From Octopus sinensis (taxonomy: Eukaryota), in contig NC_043006.1 of NCBI RefSeq assembly GCF_006345805.1, positions 59,520,001 through 59,584,000 of the forward strand: DNA of 64,000 bases. The letters run 5' to 3'. Of this stretch, positions 1 through 12,105 are shown piece by piece. A program made the translations under genes and the position numbers. The notes under the pieces were generated by a model, which saw only the letters and a program-made list of their open reading frames with translations, searched no databases and was not told the origin of the DNA. Position 1 is the stretch's first letter. Every line of letters begins with the position of its first letter.

Positions 1-100
1 ATCCAAACAAAGAAGAACAAGCATGAAAAAACAATAACGCAAGGACGTGGTACGAATAATGTATTATCAGACGTTCGGGAAAGGAAAGAAAGAGGATTTA
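1..100 (-). repeat. Partial diverged copy of the small repeat whose 5' part also occurs at 36400-36500 and 39562-39636 (hammerhead-associated mini-element)
   Basis: The reverse complement of 1-100 aligns by eye with GAGCGTCCAATAATAC...GTTCCACGTCCT...CTTGTTTGGAT at 36421 and 39562. Confidence 0.55.
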
Positions 101-1244
101 ATGTTTCGAGCAAAACTCTTCTTCAGAAATAGAAGAAAGTCCAAAAGAAGTGAAGACGGAGGAAAAAAGCCAACGATTCACATGTGGTTACATTTTGAAA
201 TGACCGGAAGGGAGTGGGTGAAGCAAAAATTCTAAGATATATATGTGTATGTCTATATGTGTTTGCACGCATGCGTACATGCATGTTTATATGCATTCAT
301 GGATTTATATATTTATGTATAGATTAATGTAAGTACATACACATCATCGATACTAGTGCTTTACTAATTGACTTTACAATGAAGATATATCCACAAACAT
401 CCGACATTGTAATCGGTAGCAGGCTGATGTTTTTAATGTCTGCTGTAAATCAACATGTTTGCTTGCCTTTCATTTGGCCATAAATTGCATTAACTTTTCC
501 TTATATTACTTAATGTCATATATTTTCCTACAGTGCCTATGATATATTCATGCACAAAAGCCTTCCGGTTTTCGCCTCTTTTCATATGCTATATTATTTC
601 AGTTTCCGGAAGCGATGTTAGACATATTCGCTTTCTTTTTACATTTTGTTTTAAATTGATTACTATTATAAACTTTGAACTACATTTTCACTAATGGACG
701 GACAGTATATAAGTGTATGAAAGCAGATAAAAAATAATTCTGCGCCGGCTACTGTTTTAATGTACACAATGACAGTGATGTCGGCAACCTGTGACGGCTC
801 TATGAAGTAAAAAATTACTGAAGTGCAGCAAAACGTGATGGACAATCATGTAAACCGGACAAATGGATAACGTGCATTAATGGAACAATACTCTTTGAAG
901 GTATTTATGTTGGAATGTTTGTATGCTCATGTGTGTGTATGTATAATATATACATAGAAGCACTCACACACACAACACACACAACTTTAACAATATACAC
1001 ACACATACATATTGTTTATATCATAAGAATTTATAAACTTTCAAAAGAACATGAAATAATTCGTTTTTTGGAATTGCATTTCGAAGTAATTTAAAGCTAC
1101 CAAATCCACTGACAAGGCTTTGGGTAGAGGAACCCGTTAGGGTAGAAAAAGTCAAAGGTGGCCTTTGAATTTTTCTATGCAAAAGGACTTTTCAACCCAA
1201 TATTTAGATGCCATTATATATGTGTGTATGTGTGTGTGTGTTCT

Positions 1245-1490
1245 TTTATTCCTTTACTTGCTTCAGTCATTTGACAGCAGCCATGCTGAAGCACCATCTT
1301 GAAAAGTTTTAGTCGAAGACATCGACATCAAGAATTATTTATTAAGCTTAGTGCTGGTTCTATCAGTATCTTATGCCGAACCGCTAAGTTACGGGGTTGT
1401 AAACACACCAAAACCAGTTGTCAAGTAGTGATGGGGGGTTAAACACACGCAAACACATATATCTGTATACGGCAGGCTTCTTTCAGTGTC
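1245..1490 (-). mobile_element. SINE 3' part (octopus-type tRNA/CORE-like SINE)
   Basis: CTTCAGTCATTTGACAGCAGCCATGCTGAAGCACC...CCGCTAAGTTACGGGG matches the reverse complement of the full copy at 3505-3902. Confidence 0.8.
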
Positions 1491-1491
1491 C

Positions 1492-1808
1492 TATTTCTTT
1501 ACTGCCCACAAGGGGCTACACACAGAGGGGATACACAAGGACAGACAAAGGGATTAAGTCGATTATATCGACCCCAATGCATAACTGGTAATTATTTAAT
1601 CGACCCCGAAAGGATGAAAGGCAAAATCGACCTCGGCGTTATGATCTGAGTTCAAATTCGACCTCGCCGTTACGATCTGAGTTCAAATTCCGCCGAGGTC
1701 GACTTTGCCTTTGCATCCTTTCGGGGTCGATAAATTAAGTACCAGTTACGCACTGGGGTCGCTGTAATCGACTTAATCGATTTGTCTGTCCTTGTTTCTC
1801 CCCTCTAT
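1492..1808. mobile_element. Head-to-head inverted pair of a second SINE family (Meta-domain-like body GACTTTGCCTTTCATCCTTTCGGGGTCGATAAATTAAGTACCAG)
   Basis: A minus copy at about 1492-1638 is followed directly by a plus copy at about 1640-1808; CGTTA(T/C)GATCTGAGTTCAAATTC is duplicated at the junction. Confidence 0.85.
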
Positions 1809-2634
1809 ATGAAAGATAGATGTATTGATTGATGCAAAGCGGTAAGTATATATATATATATATAGAAGGAGAGATAAGCAAAAGGCAGAAAGATAGGTGT
1901 ATTAATAGACACAAAGCGGTAAGTGGGTGACGGAGGATAATTGGTGATAAGAGTGGTGATTGCGATGATGGTGATGAGGATTAGGGCACTCTGACTTTCC
2001 CCTTTGAATCGTGTATTTTAAGTGACTTAACTCTGTTCGAATGAACCAGTAACCTAATGACAACTCTTGTATACATCTATTTCATTTATCATTTTTGCCT
2101 GTCCGTCGACAGGTTTTGTTAATCTTTAATAACAGCAGTATCTGCTTTGTTAACGATAATTGTTTTTGACGGTGTTAATTATAATTATAATTATAGCTGA
2201 CACCGTTAATCACAACTATATGAAACGATGATATATTGATCAAAGTTACTCAGTAGATTTGGTATGTGCCACATTCATTTATTAGTTGTTTATATTGCTT
2301 TGCTCGGATCAACACCACCAGCCTTCCAGAAGTGATACAATGATTGTTTTATATTTTTTTCACCATATTGTTTTTATAACCAGCATTGTTAGTTATTATT
2401 AGTGGCGATTAATCTACAGTCAGTCTTGGAGATTAATTCTAGTTTTCTGATTGCATTATATAGTGTCTCCTTTCCTTTATTCCCGTGTTGTGTGTGTGGG
2501 GGGGGGGGGTGAATGGTTCTCAGATCTATTTCACAGCTCTATCGATAAAAATCATTATCAAATAACCTCTGCACTATTTTTATCAATGACACTGCTATCT
2601 ATAACTCCATATACAACTTCTTAAAACGTATATA

Positions 2635-3140
2635 CAAGGTGTGATAGGTAAATTGTCGCCGTTTCACTTTGTTTTATTTCTCGCATGCATATTGTTTGTT
2701 TTCGATTTTGTCGACGACAGAGTATTGTAAGGTCAGTTGGACACCGCCTGTGAGAAAAACAGCAACATGGGGCAATTAACTCGGCCAGAAATTTGGAAAC
2801 GACATGCTGTATAGCTTGGCATTCATGCCGGAAGCTCCAATATGAGCATTCAGAGTGTTTGTGTGTCAATCTGATGGCAGTGCAGAGGATTCGAAAAGAG
2901 TTGGATGAGTCTAATGGTGATTGCGAAGGTATGGCAGGCAGCTTGGAAAACTCACTCTGATCGTTCTGATAAGAAAAGAACTCTTGAATTTGTTTGTGAG
3001 ATCCAGGCCATGATGGGCAACGATCCCTTCAAGTCAATCAAGTCCATCGCCAGGAACATGGGAGTGCCTGAGTTTCTTATTAGGCAGGTAGTGCATAAAG
3101 ACATTTGGTATTCCTCATGCAAGAGGAAAAAAAGGCCAAT
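2635..3140 (+). mobile_element. Truncated Tc1/mariner-superfamily transposon (left end plus transposase N-terminal part)
   Basis: TA|CAAGGTGTGATAGG start; ORF 2905-3252 (KKRTLEFVCEIQAMMGNDPFKSIKSIARNMGV) is homologous by eye to the transposase fragment at 17699-18172. Confidence 0.7.
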
Positions 3141-3504
3141 TTTTAACCCATTTTTGGATGAAAGGAAAAAGTGGGAAGAAAAATTTTCGTTATTTCCGTG
3201 TAAAGGTAGGCAATCTGTTTTTCCAGTTTGCTGTCGGTGTTCTCACCACTAAATATTTGTGTATTATTCTTATGTTAAACCTCCTTCGGAGACTTCCCAT
3301 TCTTGTTGCTACTATTGTTGCTGCTGTCTTTTGGTGCTGCTGTCGCTGTTAATTTTAATATTTGCTTTTGTTGGCTTTGATGTTTCTGCTGCTGCTGTTG
3401 TTGCACGCTGGTGTTCTTGTCGCTAACCAGCGCTTATATTTTAGGCATAACGTCCAAGATATACTGGTAACAGGATTAGTTCTTCATTTTTAAAAGAAGA
3501 TATA

Positions 3505-3902
3505 GGCGCAGGAGTGGTAAGTAGCTTGCTTACCAACCACATGGTTCCGGGTTCAGTCCCACTGCGTGGCACCTTGGGCAAATGTCTTCTACTATAGCCT
3601 CGGGCCGACCAAAGCCTTGTGAGTGGATTTGGTAGACGGAAGCTGAAAGAAGCCCGTCGTATATATGTGTATATATGTATGTGCGTGTATGTTTGTGTGT
3701 CTGTGTTTGTCCCTCTAGCATTGCTTGACAACCGATGCTGGTGTGTTTATGTCCCCGTCACTTAGCGGTTCGGCACAAGAGACCGATAGAATAAGTACTG
3801 GGCTTACAAAGAATAAGTCCCGGGGTCGATTTGCTCGACTAAAGGCGGTGCTCCAGCATGGCCGCAGTCAAATGACTGAAACAAAGTAAAAGAGTAAAGA
3901 GT
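3505..3902 (+). mobile_element. Near full-length tRNA-headed CORE-like SINE
   Basis: Head with a B-box-like GGTTCAGTCC, CORE-like CACCTTGGGCAAATGTCTTC, internal (TG)n, and 3' GCGGTGCTCCAGCATGGCCGCAGTCAAATGACTGAAAC with a short A-rich tail. Multiple copies occur in the window. Confidence 0.85.
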
Positions 3903-4196
3903 ATATTATGGTTTCTTGCTTCGATCACTGTAGAGAATCTGACACCGACCGTTCCATTATAGTGACCGCTACGAGTGATAAAAGTTTTTTGAGTCAGAAC
4001 GGCTTCTATGTATTCTTCACTTTGGGCCAGGTTTTGTCTTTCAACCTGTCTACTTTTTTGCCCAGTACATCGGTAGGTTACCGTGGACCTCCCGACTTAT
4101 TTAACAATATATTTTGCTTACATGGGATTAATTTTTTGTCCTACTCTACTAACCAAATTTTTCGGCTGTGATAGGTTTTTTTCCATTTTTAAATAT

Positions 4197-4335
4197 AAGG
4201 TTGTCCCAAAAGTTTGTAGAAAGTCTTGGAAAATAATGGTCTTTATTTTGAGGAACAATTTTTGTTGTTTTTGTTAGTACTTGGCGAGTAAAAATTCAAT
4301 TTTCGCAAGTGTTTACGAACTTTTGGGACAACCTA
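4197..4335. mobile_element. About 140-bp mariner-type MITE
   Basis: TIRs AGGTTGTCCCAAAAGTT / AACTTTTGGGACAACCT flanked by TA; near-identical copy at 59911-60050. Confidence 0.8.
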
Positions 4336-4540
4336 ATAGTTTCCCATACCATAGTTGCAATGGCACCTTCATCCCCATTTTTAGCACATGCTCAACTGTA
4401 AATGATTTGAGTGCTGATGGAGTAGTCAGCTATGGTAGTCATTTTTTAGAGGCGACGATGAAGCCTGTTTGTCGAAAGTTTTATTTTATGTTGTTGAGGT
4501 GGTGGTGGTGGTGGTGGCGGTAGCGGTAGTGTTATTGCTT

Positions 4541-4930
4541 TACTAGCAGTATCGCCCGGCGTTGCTCGGGTTTGTAAGGGAAATAACTATAAAGCATTTT
4601 TAGAGAGTTATAGCCAAAAAAATAGCAAAAAAATGGGGAAAAAAATGATGGTAAATTTTTTTTTGATAGTTAAAAAGGTCGAGTTGCGTCCGCTAGACCG
4701 TCTGTGGTTTGTGTTTCTGATTGTCGACCCCATGTCGAATTTATCGATCTTTTTCAGAACTGGGGGAACTTTTCAAAATTTTCGCTGCGTTAGTTTTGAA
4801 TTATGATATTGGGCTATGTGTGTGTCAAGTTTCATCAGAATCGGTTGAAAGCCGTGGTCAGGGTGAGGGTACAACCAAACAGACACACAGAAACACACAC
4901 AGACAAACTGCCGTTTATATAGAGAGAGAT
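4541..4930 (+). mobile_element. Non-autonomous Helentron/HINE-like element
   Basis: Starts TT|ACTAGCAG with the CCCGGCGTTGCTCGGG hairpin, has a CA-rich subterminal tract and ends TATATAGAGAGAGAT|T, an architecture typical of DINE-1/HINE elements. Confidence 0.6.
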
Positions 4931-5869
4931 TACTGCTGTCGCTGTCCACTGCTGAAGTGGTTGTGGCAATACTATGTTGGCTGATGGTCGCAATGTTTCA
5001 GTGTTCCGTGAGAAGTCGTTGCTTGCAAAAAAGCACTGCGTTTTTATTATTGATATTGTTGTTCACGGCGATTGCAGTAGCTTTGCTTGTTATATTTTTT
5101 TGCTGCTGTTGTTTACTTTTGTCGTAGTCGTTGGCTTTCATAGTGGTGACGTCACTGCCACCGTCCATTATTTGTATTTGTTGCCATTGTTGTCGATATT
5201 GGTCTTGCTGTTCTTACCATCACTGCCAGCTGTTGCGTTGGCATTGGTGGTGGTGGTGGTGGTGGTACAATGCTTTGACCTACATCTGCCGTTAAGGTGG
5301 GGAAGGCGACATCAAGATTGTCGTTCCAAACACTATTTACCTCATTATTTACATTATTTACATTTGACAGATATTTGTCCTCATGTAAATAATGTAAACA
5401 ATGTACATAATTCCTCATTTCTTAAATATAGAACTGTACTATTTACCTCGCTCCGTTATCCTGCCGAAAATTTTAACGCTGCTTTGATTTCTTAAATAAT
5501 GGCTACGTTCCTGAAAAAAATAACAAGCTCTGCCCCTAAGGTCAAAAAGTGACGTAACTGACCACTTTCTTAAGACACTGGTCACTTTAACTACAAAATT
5601 GTGCAAAAACTTAACATAAGCCTGTTTAAAACACAGTTAATGCAAACAAAATTTAAGCGCGAGTCGAAGAAGCATCTGGCTAATTCCAAAGGAGGAGGAG
5701 GGGATAAGGAGGAAGAGTAGTAGTAGTAGTAGTAGAAGCAGCAGCAGCAGGAGGAGGAGGAGGAGGAATCATCTAAGCGTCCTGGATACACTTGAAGGTC
5801 TTTGATAGTTTTCTTCACAGCTGGATAAAGCAATGTTTGGAGATGTTCAAAATTTCACTAGTAATCTGG

Positions 5870-6030
5870 AATTTTGCATGAAGAACTGGAAAACATTAAT
5901 TCTCGGCATTGACACTACGAATATAAATGCTGGACAGCTCAATATTAATTGTGGGATCTTTCAAGGAGACCCATTATCTCCGTTATTCTGCTTAGCACAG
6001 TTTCATCCAAGTGATAGCATCATAATGGAA
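5870..6030 (+). pseudogene. Short non-LTR reverse transcriptase fragment (RLE-clade-like)
   Basis: ORF 5833-6048 contains GIFQGDPLSPLFCLA, similar to the RT at 23105-23620. Confidence 0.65.
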
Positions 6031-6219
6031 TGTAGGCTTGACAAATGAGCCAAGCTTACGTCTATAACAAGGGAAAACTATCAAGCACATACTGCATCTT
6101 CCTGGGCAGAGACATCGAGATAAAAGAATTAGAACACTAGGGAAGTAATAAGTATCTATGAGCATTTTAAGGAGATGGGATTAAACCCTCAGAATAGACT
6201 AAACAATAGGAAACTTCTC

Positions 6220-7100
6220 TTGAAAATGAACAAAATTTCGCATCGTGGTGTTATCGAGCATCTGCAGAAAAAGGATTAGACTCCTAAGGATATTCATGCT
6301 GATATGGTTGCTACATTAGGGGATGACACTCCAGCTTTATCAACTGTGCAAAAGTGGAAAGCTAAATTTAGGAGGGGAAGGAAGAGTCCATAAACTTACC
6401 TAAGGTCTGGAGTCCTGAAACCACCATCACCGAGGAAACCATTGATCATGTTAACCACATGATGATGGATGGTAGGCGATTGGCAGTAAATCAAATAGTC
6501 AATGTTATAAGCATATCCTAAGGTTTCTGCTCGGTGGGTGCCACATCTTCTGATGCCCGATGATGAAAAGCGCACCAGGCTGGTCACAATACAGGAAAGC
6601 CGGACATTATTTGAGGCAGATCCACCTGGCTTCCTTGAACGTTTCATAAGCCAGGATGAGTGTTAGTTTCATCACTTTGAGTCAGAGACAACGAAACAAT
6701 CCATGCAGTGGAAACACCCCTCCTTATCTACTCCAAATAAGGCCACGGTCGTTTCATCTGCAGGGAAGTTGACGGCCTCAGTTTTTTTTTGTATTCATTG
6801 ATTATCTTCAGAAGGTCCACGCCATCAATGGAGAGTACTATGTCAACTTACTCAGGCAGTTACAGAAGGCTATCAAGACGAAACGCCCAGGAAAATTGAC
6901 AAAACTTATCATGATTCATCAGGACAATGCTCCAGCACACAAGCCCTCGGTTTCAATCGTTGCTGTGCGTGAATGTGGCTTTGAACTAGTTCTTCACCAA
7001 TGGGATCCAAGCGCTGCAACACCGTTAGCAGAAGTCTGTATTGAAAAATAAACCTCATTTGGTCACATTCGAGGCTATGAATTTTTCAGCTGACCCTCAT
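6220..7100 (+). mobile_element. Degenerate mariner transposon (5'-truncated, many stops)
   Basis: Frames read HRGVIEHLQKK, DIHADMVATLGDDTPALSTVQKW, DECxFHHFESE, SMQWKHP and HQDNAPAH; right end ...TTTTCAGCTGACCCTCA|TA. Confidence 0.8.
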
Positions 7101-7299
7101 AAACACTTTGGGGTGCATGCTTACATGCCACTGCATCGGAACAAAACCTCGTCGGGTTGAAAATGCTACCGAGGCCCAGGTACAAGAATAAACAATAGTA
7201 CAAACTGTTAACACAAAGCACCAAAGACTCATACATACACCGAATCACGACGTAGTGCTACCGTTGTTGTCGCATACATGTTTCAATGTTCTTATAACA

Positions 7300-7690
7300 A
7301 AAAGACGCTAATAGCAAAAGGAACCGACGTACAAAACGTCAAGAATATCTCACACAAAATATGCAGAGTCGCTTGCAACAATTCCTAAAAGACGAACGAA
7401 TGTGGGCTCTATTCGTGAGAAACGTTTTTCCTTGATGAAACTTCAGCCCTGAGTGAAGGAAAGACCAAGGCTGGGCGTTGACGAAAACGAAATGGCACGT
7501 CTATTACGAAGAACTTTCCGGTCGGAAGTTACCATAGATAATTTCCAGAAGACCTTGGCCTAACAGTGCTACTGATGTGTGCTACTGGTTCGGGACATAC
7601 TTTACAGGCGCGGATGTGCTATCATATGAGCTTATCTGAGATGTGCACAGATCGACGAAATAGTTCTGCGCACACTCGTTCAATGTCTTA
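7300..7690 (+). pseudogene. L1/Tx1-clade LINE 3' fragment (zinc-knuckle region)
   Basis: Translates LLVRDILYRRG...RCAQIDEIVLRTLVQC; homologous to 62820-62950. Confidence 0.55.
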
Positions 7691-7885
7691 TTTTAGAGAT
7701 GTATACTTTGTATATTTCTTCCTTCTATTTCATTGTTTAACACATATGCCTTTTACATTTTTATTTTATTCATGTACATTTTATCTTTATTTTTATGTTG
7801 TATTTTATTGTTATTATTTCATTTTATGTATACTTACCACATTTATGTCTGTCTTTGTATTACCACCCCTGGTGGCAAATAAAAG

Positions 7886-7888
<3 letters not shown>

Positions 7889-7921
<33 letters not shown>

Positions 7922-7922
7922 A

Positions 7923-7976
<54 letters not shown>

Positions 7977-8050
7977 TATTATTATTGTTATTATTATTAT
8001 TATTATTGTTGTTGTTGTTGTTGTTATTATTATTATTATTATTATTATTG
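7889..8050. repeat. Compound trinucleotide microsatellite (CAT)n-(TAT)n-(TGT)n
   Basis: Seen directly in the sequence. Confidence 0.95.
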
Positions 8051-8605
8051 AGTGAGAGACCAGTGCATGCCATCAAAGTGACACTGGGGTAAAATATACG
8101 AAACCCAGTATATCTATCTTGACTACCCGTCTGATAAGGGTACACAAGGCACATGCATCACAACCATATGTGCGCGACATCGTGATCTCATATCAAGATA
8201 AACAGCACATGACCTTGCAGGTGGGGCCCAGTTAGAATTTTCTTCTGGTCGAGTAACCCATCCCACTCAAAAGGTACCTGAATAAAGATTGTTTAAGGAT
8301 ATTGAACGAACCACCCATGTTTCCAGAGGTGAATTATTAAAACCCCAAAGAATCCCTCTCAACACATGGCAATGATGCTCCCCGACTACTTCTACTCGTA
8401 ATCAGAAATGCACATATCGTCAGCCACTGAGGGACATGCTCAACTGGTTAAGGTCAAACAACTGACAAGCAAATCTGTGGTATTGAGCAGAATATTTGCT
8501 GTAGCCCATCTTTCATACCAAGACAAAACAATGTACATGATAACACTTCCAATCAGTTAAGATCAGAAGCCACGAGAGCCACTGTCTGGTATTGCATCAG
8601 GGCAT
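8050..8605 (-). mobile_element. About 560-bp interspersed repeat inserted in a (TAA)n tract (copy 1)
   Basis: Aligns end to end with 14301-14860 and 20465-21010, and partly with 63745-64000; TTA-type repeats flank both sides. Confidence 0.85.
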
Positions 8606-9159
8606 TATTATTATTGTTGTTGTTGTTGTTGTTATTATTATTATTATTGTTATTATTATTGTTATTATTATACCAAGACGTCTTATATGCGTTGTAATGT
8701 TTTTAAATAATGGTATGTATTTGTTAGCGATATGTGAAAATGTTTAAACTTGTCTAGTTGCCACTGGAATGTATGTAATGTTAATGTGTTGATGCTTGCA
8801 TAACTAATGTTCAAGTATATATATGTTTATAGCATATATGTGCACATATACGGATGAAAGATTTATATCTGCGTACGTTATAAAGTTCCTACTGCTGTTT
8901 TGGCCTTTCGTATCATACAGTAGCGCATTTACGCTTCTGAGAGATTTTATGTGGAGTAGTTATAAAGCTGTGCCTTGGCAATGGTAGAAGGATGTAACTA
9001 ATAGTTCTTCTTGTATATTTAAATGTCAATGTATGAATATGAAGAATTTGGTTCAATAAATTTTTGGGGCGGGGTGATGTTTTGTTTGTATTATATTGCA
9101 ATAGATTTACTTTTTCTGTGTTAAAGTTGTTTATTTTACATTTGCTACTTTGGTTCTTG

Positions 9160-9262
9160 TGGAGGCGCGATGGCCCAGTGGTTAGGGCAGCGGACTCGCG
9201 GTCGGAGGATCGCGGTTTCGATTCCCAGACCGGGCGTTGTGTGTGTGTTTATTGAGCGAAAA
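9160..9262 (+). mobile_element. tRNA-derived SINE head
   Basis: A box TGGCCCAGTGG and B box GGTTTCGATTCC, followed by the CORE-like start GTGTTTATTGAGCGAAA; truncated. Confidence 0.75.
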
Positions 9263-9274
9263 TTCCTACATACA

Positions 9275-10793
9275 TATCATCTTTCTCTCTACTCACTTTC
9301 TCTATTCATCTTCTCTTTCCTCTGATCCTTTGGTCTAGTCTTCCACTACCCTCCTATTTCTTTGTCTCGCTCTGCACTCACAGGTCATTCTTCGACACCC
9401 ATCCCTTCTCCTCTCTGATTCCTTCTTTCTCTCTCTTCTCTCTCTTTGTTGCGTTTTGTCCCCCTTTTCTCTCTCTCTCTTTCTTTTCTTTTCTTTTCCC
9501 TCTTCTCTGTCACGTGACTGTTGGCCGAAATCTGCCTTTCAGTTCCTGACCCTCGTCGTGTTAACATCGTTGTTCTTCGTCCGCCGCTATAAAGGCTTTT
9601 TCCAATGCGCCAGAGGAAAAAAAAATTTGTTTGCTTGTTATCAGTCGTAAGACATTGTTGTTTTCACCGTTAATGCTTCTGTATTCATGTTTCTGTATTC
9701 CATTATTGTTTTTTGTTTTTTTTATATCTGTCCCTTTTGCTGTCCTGGTGTTCGTATGCATTCGATCCTTCTTCCAGGAAATCTACGCTTCCAGCTTAGT
9801 TTTTCTTGGAGGGCTGGCGTGATCTAGTAATCTCAAGATTAATCAGCCGAAATTACTACGATGATCCGGTTCTTGACTGAAGACTGAGGGGTTCGAATGT
9901 CCTGTCCATGTTTATTGTATCGTCTTCTATCTGTTAGACGTTCTTGTCCATGTTGTATTTTTCTACATACCTTAACATATATTCCAGGCGCCCCGTACCC
10001 CTTTATCATAATGTGAACACATATTCTTAATAATTGTACGACTCTCGTTTTGTTCTCTCTCTCTCTCTCATTTTCTTTCTCTCTTTCTCTCTATTCATCT
10101 TTCTCTCTACTACTCTTACTTTCTATATCCATCTTCTCTTTCCTCTGATCCTTTGGTCTAGTCTTCCACTACCCTCCTATTTCTTTGTCTCGCTCTGCAC
10201 TCACAGGTCATTCTTCGACACCCATCCCTTCTCCTCTCTGATTCCTTCTTTCTCTCTCTTCTCTCTCTTTGTTGCGTTTTGTCCCCCTTTTCTCTCTCTC
10301 TCTTTCTTTTTTTTCCCCTCTTCTCTGTCACGTGACTGTTGGCCGAATCTGCCTTTCAGCTCCTGACCCTCGTCGTGTTAACATCGTTGTTCTTCGTCCG
10401 CCGCTATAAAGGCTTTTTCCAATGCCAATGCCAGAGAAAAAAAATTTGTTTGCTTGTTATCAGTCGTAAGACACTTGTTGTTTTCACCGTTAATGCTTCT
10501 GTATTTCATGTTTCTGTATTCCATTATTGTTTTTTGTTTTTTTTATATCTGTCCCTTTTGCTGTCCTGGTGTTCGTATGCATTCGATCCTTCTTCCAGGA
10601 TATCTACGCTTCCAGCTTAGTTTTTCTTGGAGGGCTGGCCGTGATCTAGTAATCTCAAGATTAATCAGCCGAAATTACTACGATGATCCGGTTCTTGACT
10701 GAAGACTGAGGGGTTCGAATGTCCTGTCCATGTTTATTGTATCGTCTTCTATCTGTTATACGTTCTTGTCCATGTTGTATTTTTCTACATACC

Positions 10794-10795
<2 letters not shown>
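9275..10795. repeat. Two tandem copies of an about 720-780-bp unit (CT-rich start; ends CTACATACCTTAA)
   Basis: About 9275-9975 aligns with about 10085-10797 at high identity; the 3' part recurs in diverged form at 44705-44830. Confidence 0.9.
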
Positions 10796-10829
<34 letters not shown>

Positions 10830-11230
10830 CTCAATAGGATCCAGCATCTCACTGGCCCAGACTATTCTACACTTATTTTGAGTGGTCGAAGAAATGGCTT
10901 CCTTCTTGCTGCTCTGCCATAATAGCCAAGTTTGTGGAGATACCTGATAGCTGTTCTGGGACTGACATCAACTTGTTCTGCCATGTCCGAAGCCTTTCAA
11001 AGAGGATTAGCCGCCACACTTCTCTTAACTAAGCAAAGGGTCCTGTCTGAGGGCTCTGGTTGACCTGGGCGAGATGATGTTGACTCCTTCCCCTCTCTGA
11101 ATTGCACACCCCAGTTAACTATAACAAGCGGTATCCTAAGGTTTTCTACGATTTAACGCTTAGTCCAAGTTCAGATTGACCCACAATACGGCCTCTTTGA
11201 AATTCGGACAGTTCCGAAGCTTCTTTTGTA
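10830..11230 (-). pseudogene. Tc1 transposase N-terminal fragment
   Basis: The minus strand reads ASDMAEQVDVSPRTAIRYLHKLGYYGRAARRKPFLRP (Tc1 second HTH and RRKP motif). Confidence 0.7.
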
Positions 11231-11334
11231 CATGGCATGATTAAACAGTCACATATAGAACCTGAAACATAAAAACGTCAACTGATAAAAAATATAAACC
11301 ATTTCAAGATAAAATAAACATATATCTATGTATC

Positions 11335-11640
11335 TATCTATCCCTTTATCTCGGCACTCTGTCGGTTACGACGACGAGTGTTCCAATTGATGCGATCAAC
11401 GGAGCAACTTGCTCATAAAATTAACGTGCAATTGGTTGAGCGCTTCACAGACACGTGTGCCCTTAACATTGGGAGATTCAGCATTTGACAAATACAGTGA
11501 AATACAGGTGCTACACATTTTGCGAGCTGGGTGGACTAGAGCAACGTGAAATAAAGTGTCTTGCTCATGGACACAACGCACTAGTGGGAATCGAACTCAC
11601 GACGTTTCGATCGTGAGCCGAATATACTAAACACTAAGCA
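11335..11640 (-). mobile_element. tRNA/CORE-like SINE
   Basis: The reverse complement has a tRNA-like head (TTAGTGTTTAG...GTTCGATTCC) and the CORE-like GTGTCCATGAGCAAGACACTTTATTTCACGTTGCTC. Confidence 0.75.
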
Positions 11641-11664
11641 TCGCACATCGCACACACACACATG

Positions 11665-11930
11665 TGAAGGCGCATGGCTTAGTGGTTAGGGTGTTGCAGT
11701 CACAATTCCGAGATCCTGGGTTCGATTCCCAGACTGGGCGTTGCATTGTGTTCTTGAGCAAAGCACTTCATTTCACGTTGCTCTGCGATCATTTCGACAT
11801 CTGAAATGTGGCACGCAGTTGCACCTGTACAGGTAATGTCGACTTGATGGAAGGAGTGAGCTTATATGTACACAAACATTTGAACACTATAAACAAATCA
11901 TTCGTGTGGTTTTTCGGTAAGAAATTGTCG
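11665..11930 (+). mobile_element. tRNA/CORE-like SINE
   Basis: A box TGGCTTAGTGG, B box GGTTCGATTCC, CORE-like GTGTTCTTGAGCAAAGCACTTCATTTCACGTTGCTC; related copy at 18535-18760. Confidence 0.8.
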
Positions 11931-12044
11931 AACCCTCATACGTCGGCTAACGACGGGAGTGTCCATCATATATATGTGTGTGTGTGTATGTGCGTGCGCA
12001 CGTGTATGTGCGTGCGCACGTGTATGTGCGTGTGTGTGATTGTA

Positions 12045-12102
<58 letters not shown>

Positions 12103-12105
<3 letters not shown>

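Noticed and set aside
3908-4171. ORF as a possible host exon
   Set aside because: No recognisable domain or convincing splice context; no host gene could be supported anywhere in the window.
7566-8154. Poly-His/Tyr/Ile/Asn/Asp ORFs (also 31278-31794 and 35206-35586 poly-Pro/His)
   Set aside because: They are translations of trinucleotide microsatellites, open in several frames on both strands, with no domain or splice evidence.
9160-9262. tRNA-like sequences (also 11665, 18535, 57948)
   Set aside because: They have A/B boxes but no complete cloverleaf and run into SINE bodies; these are SINE heads.
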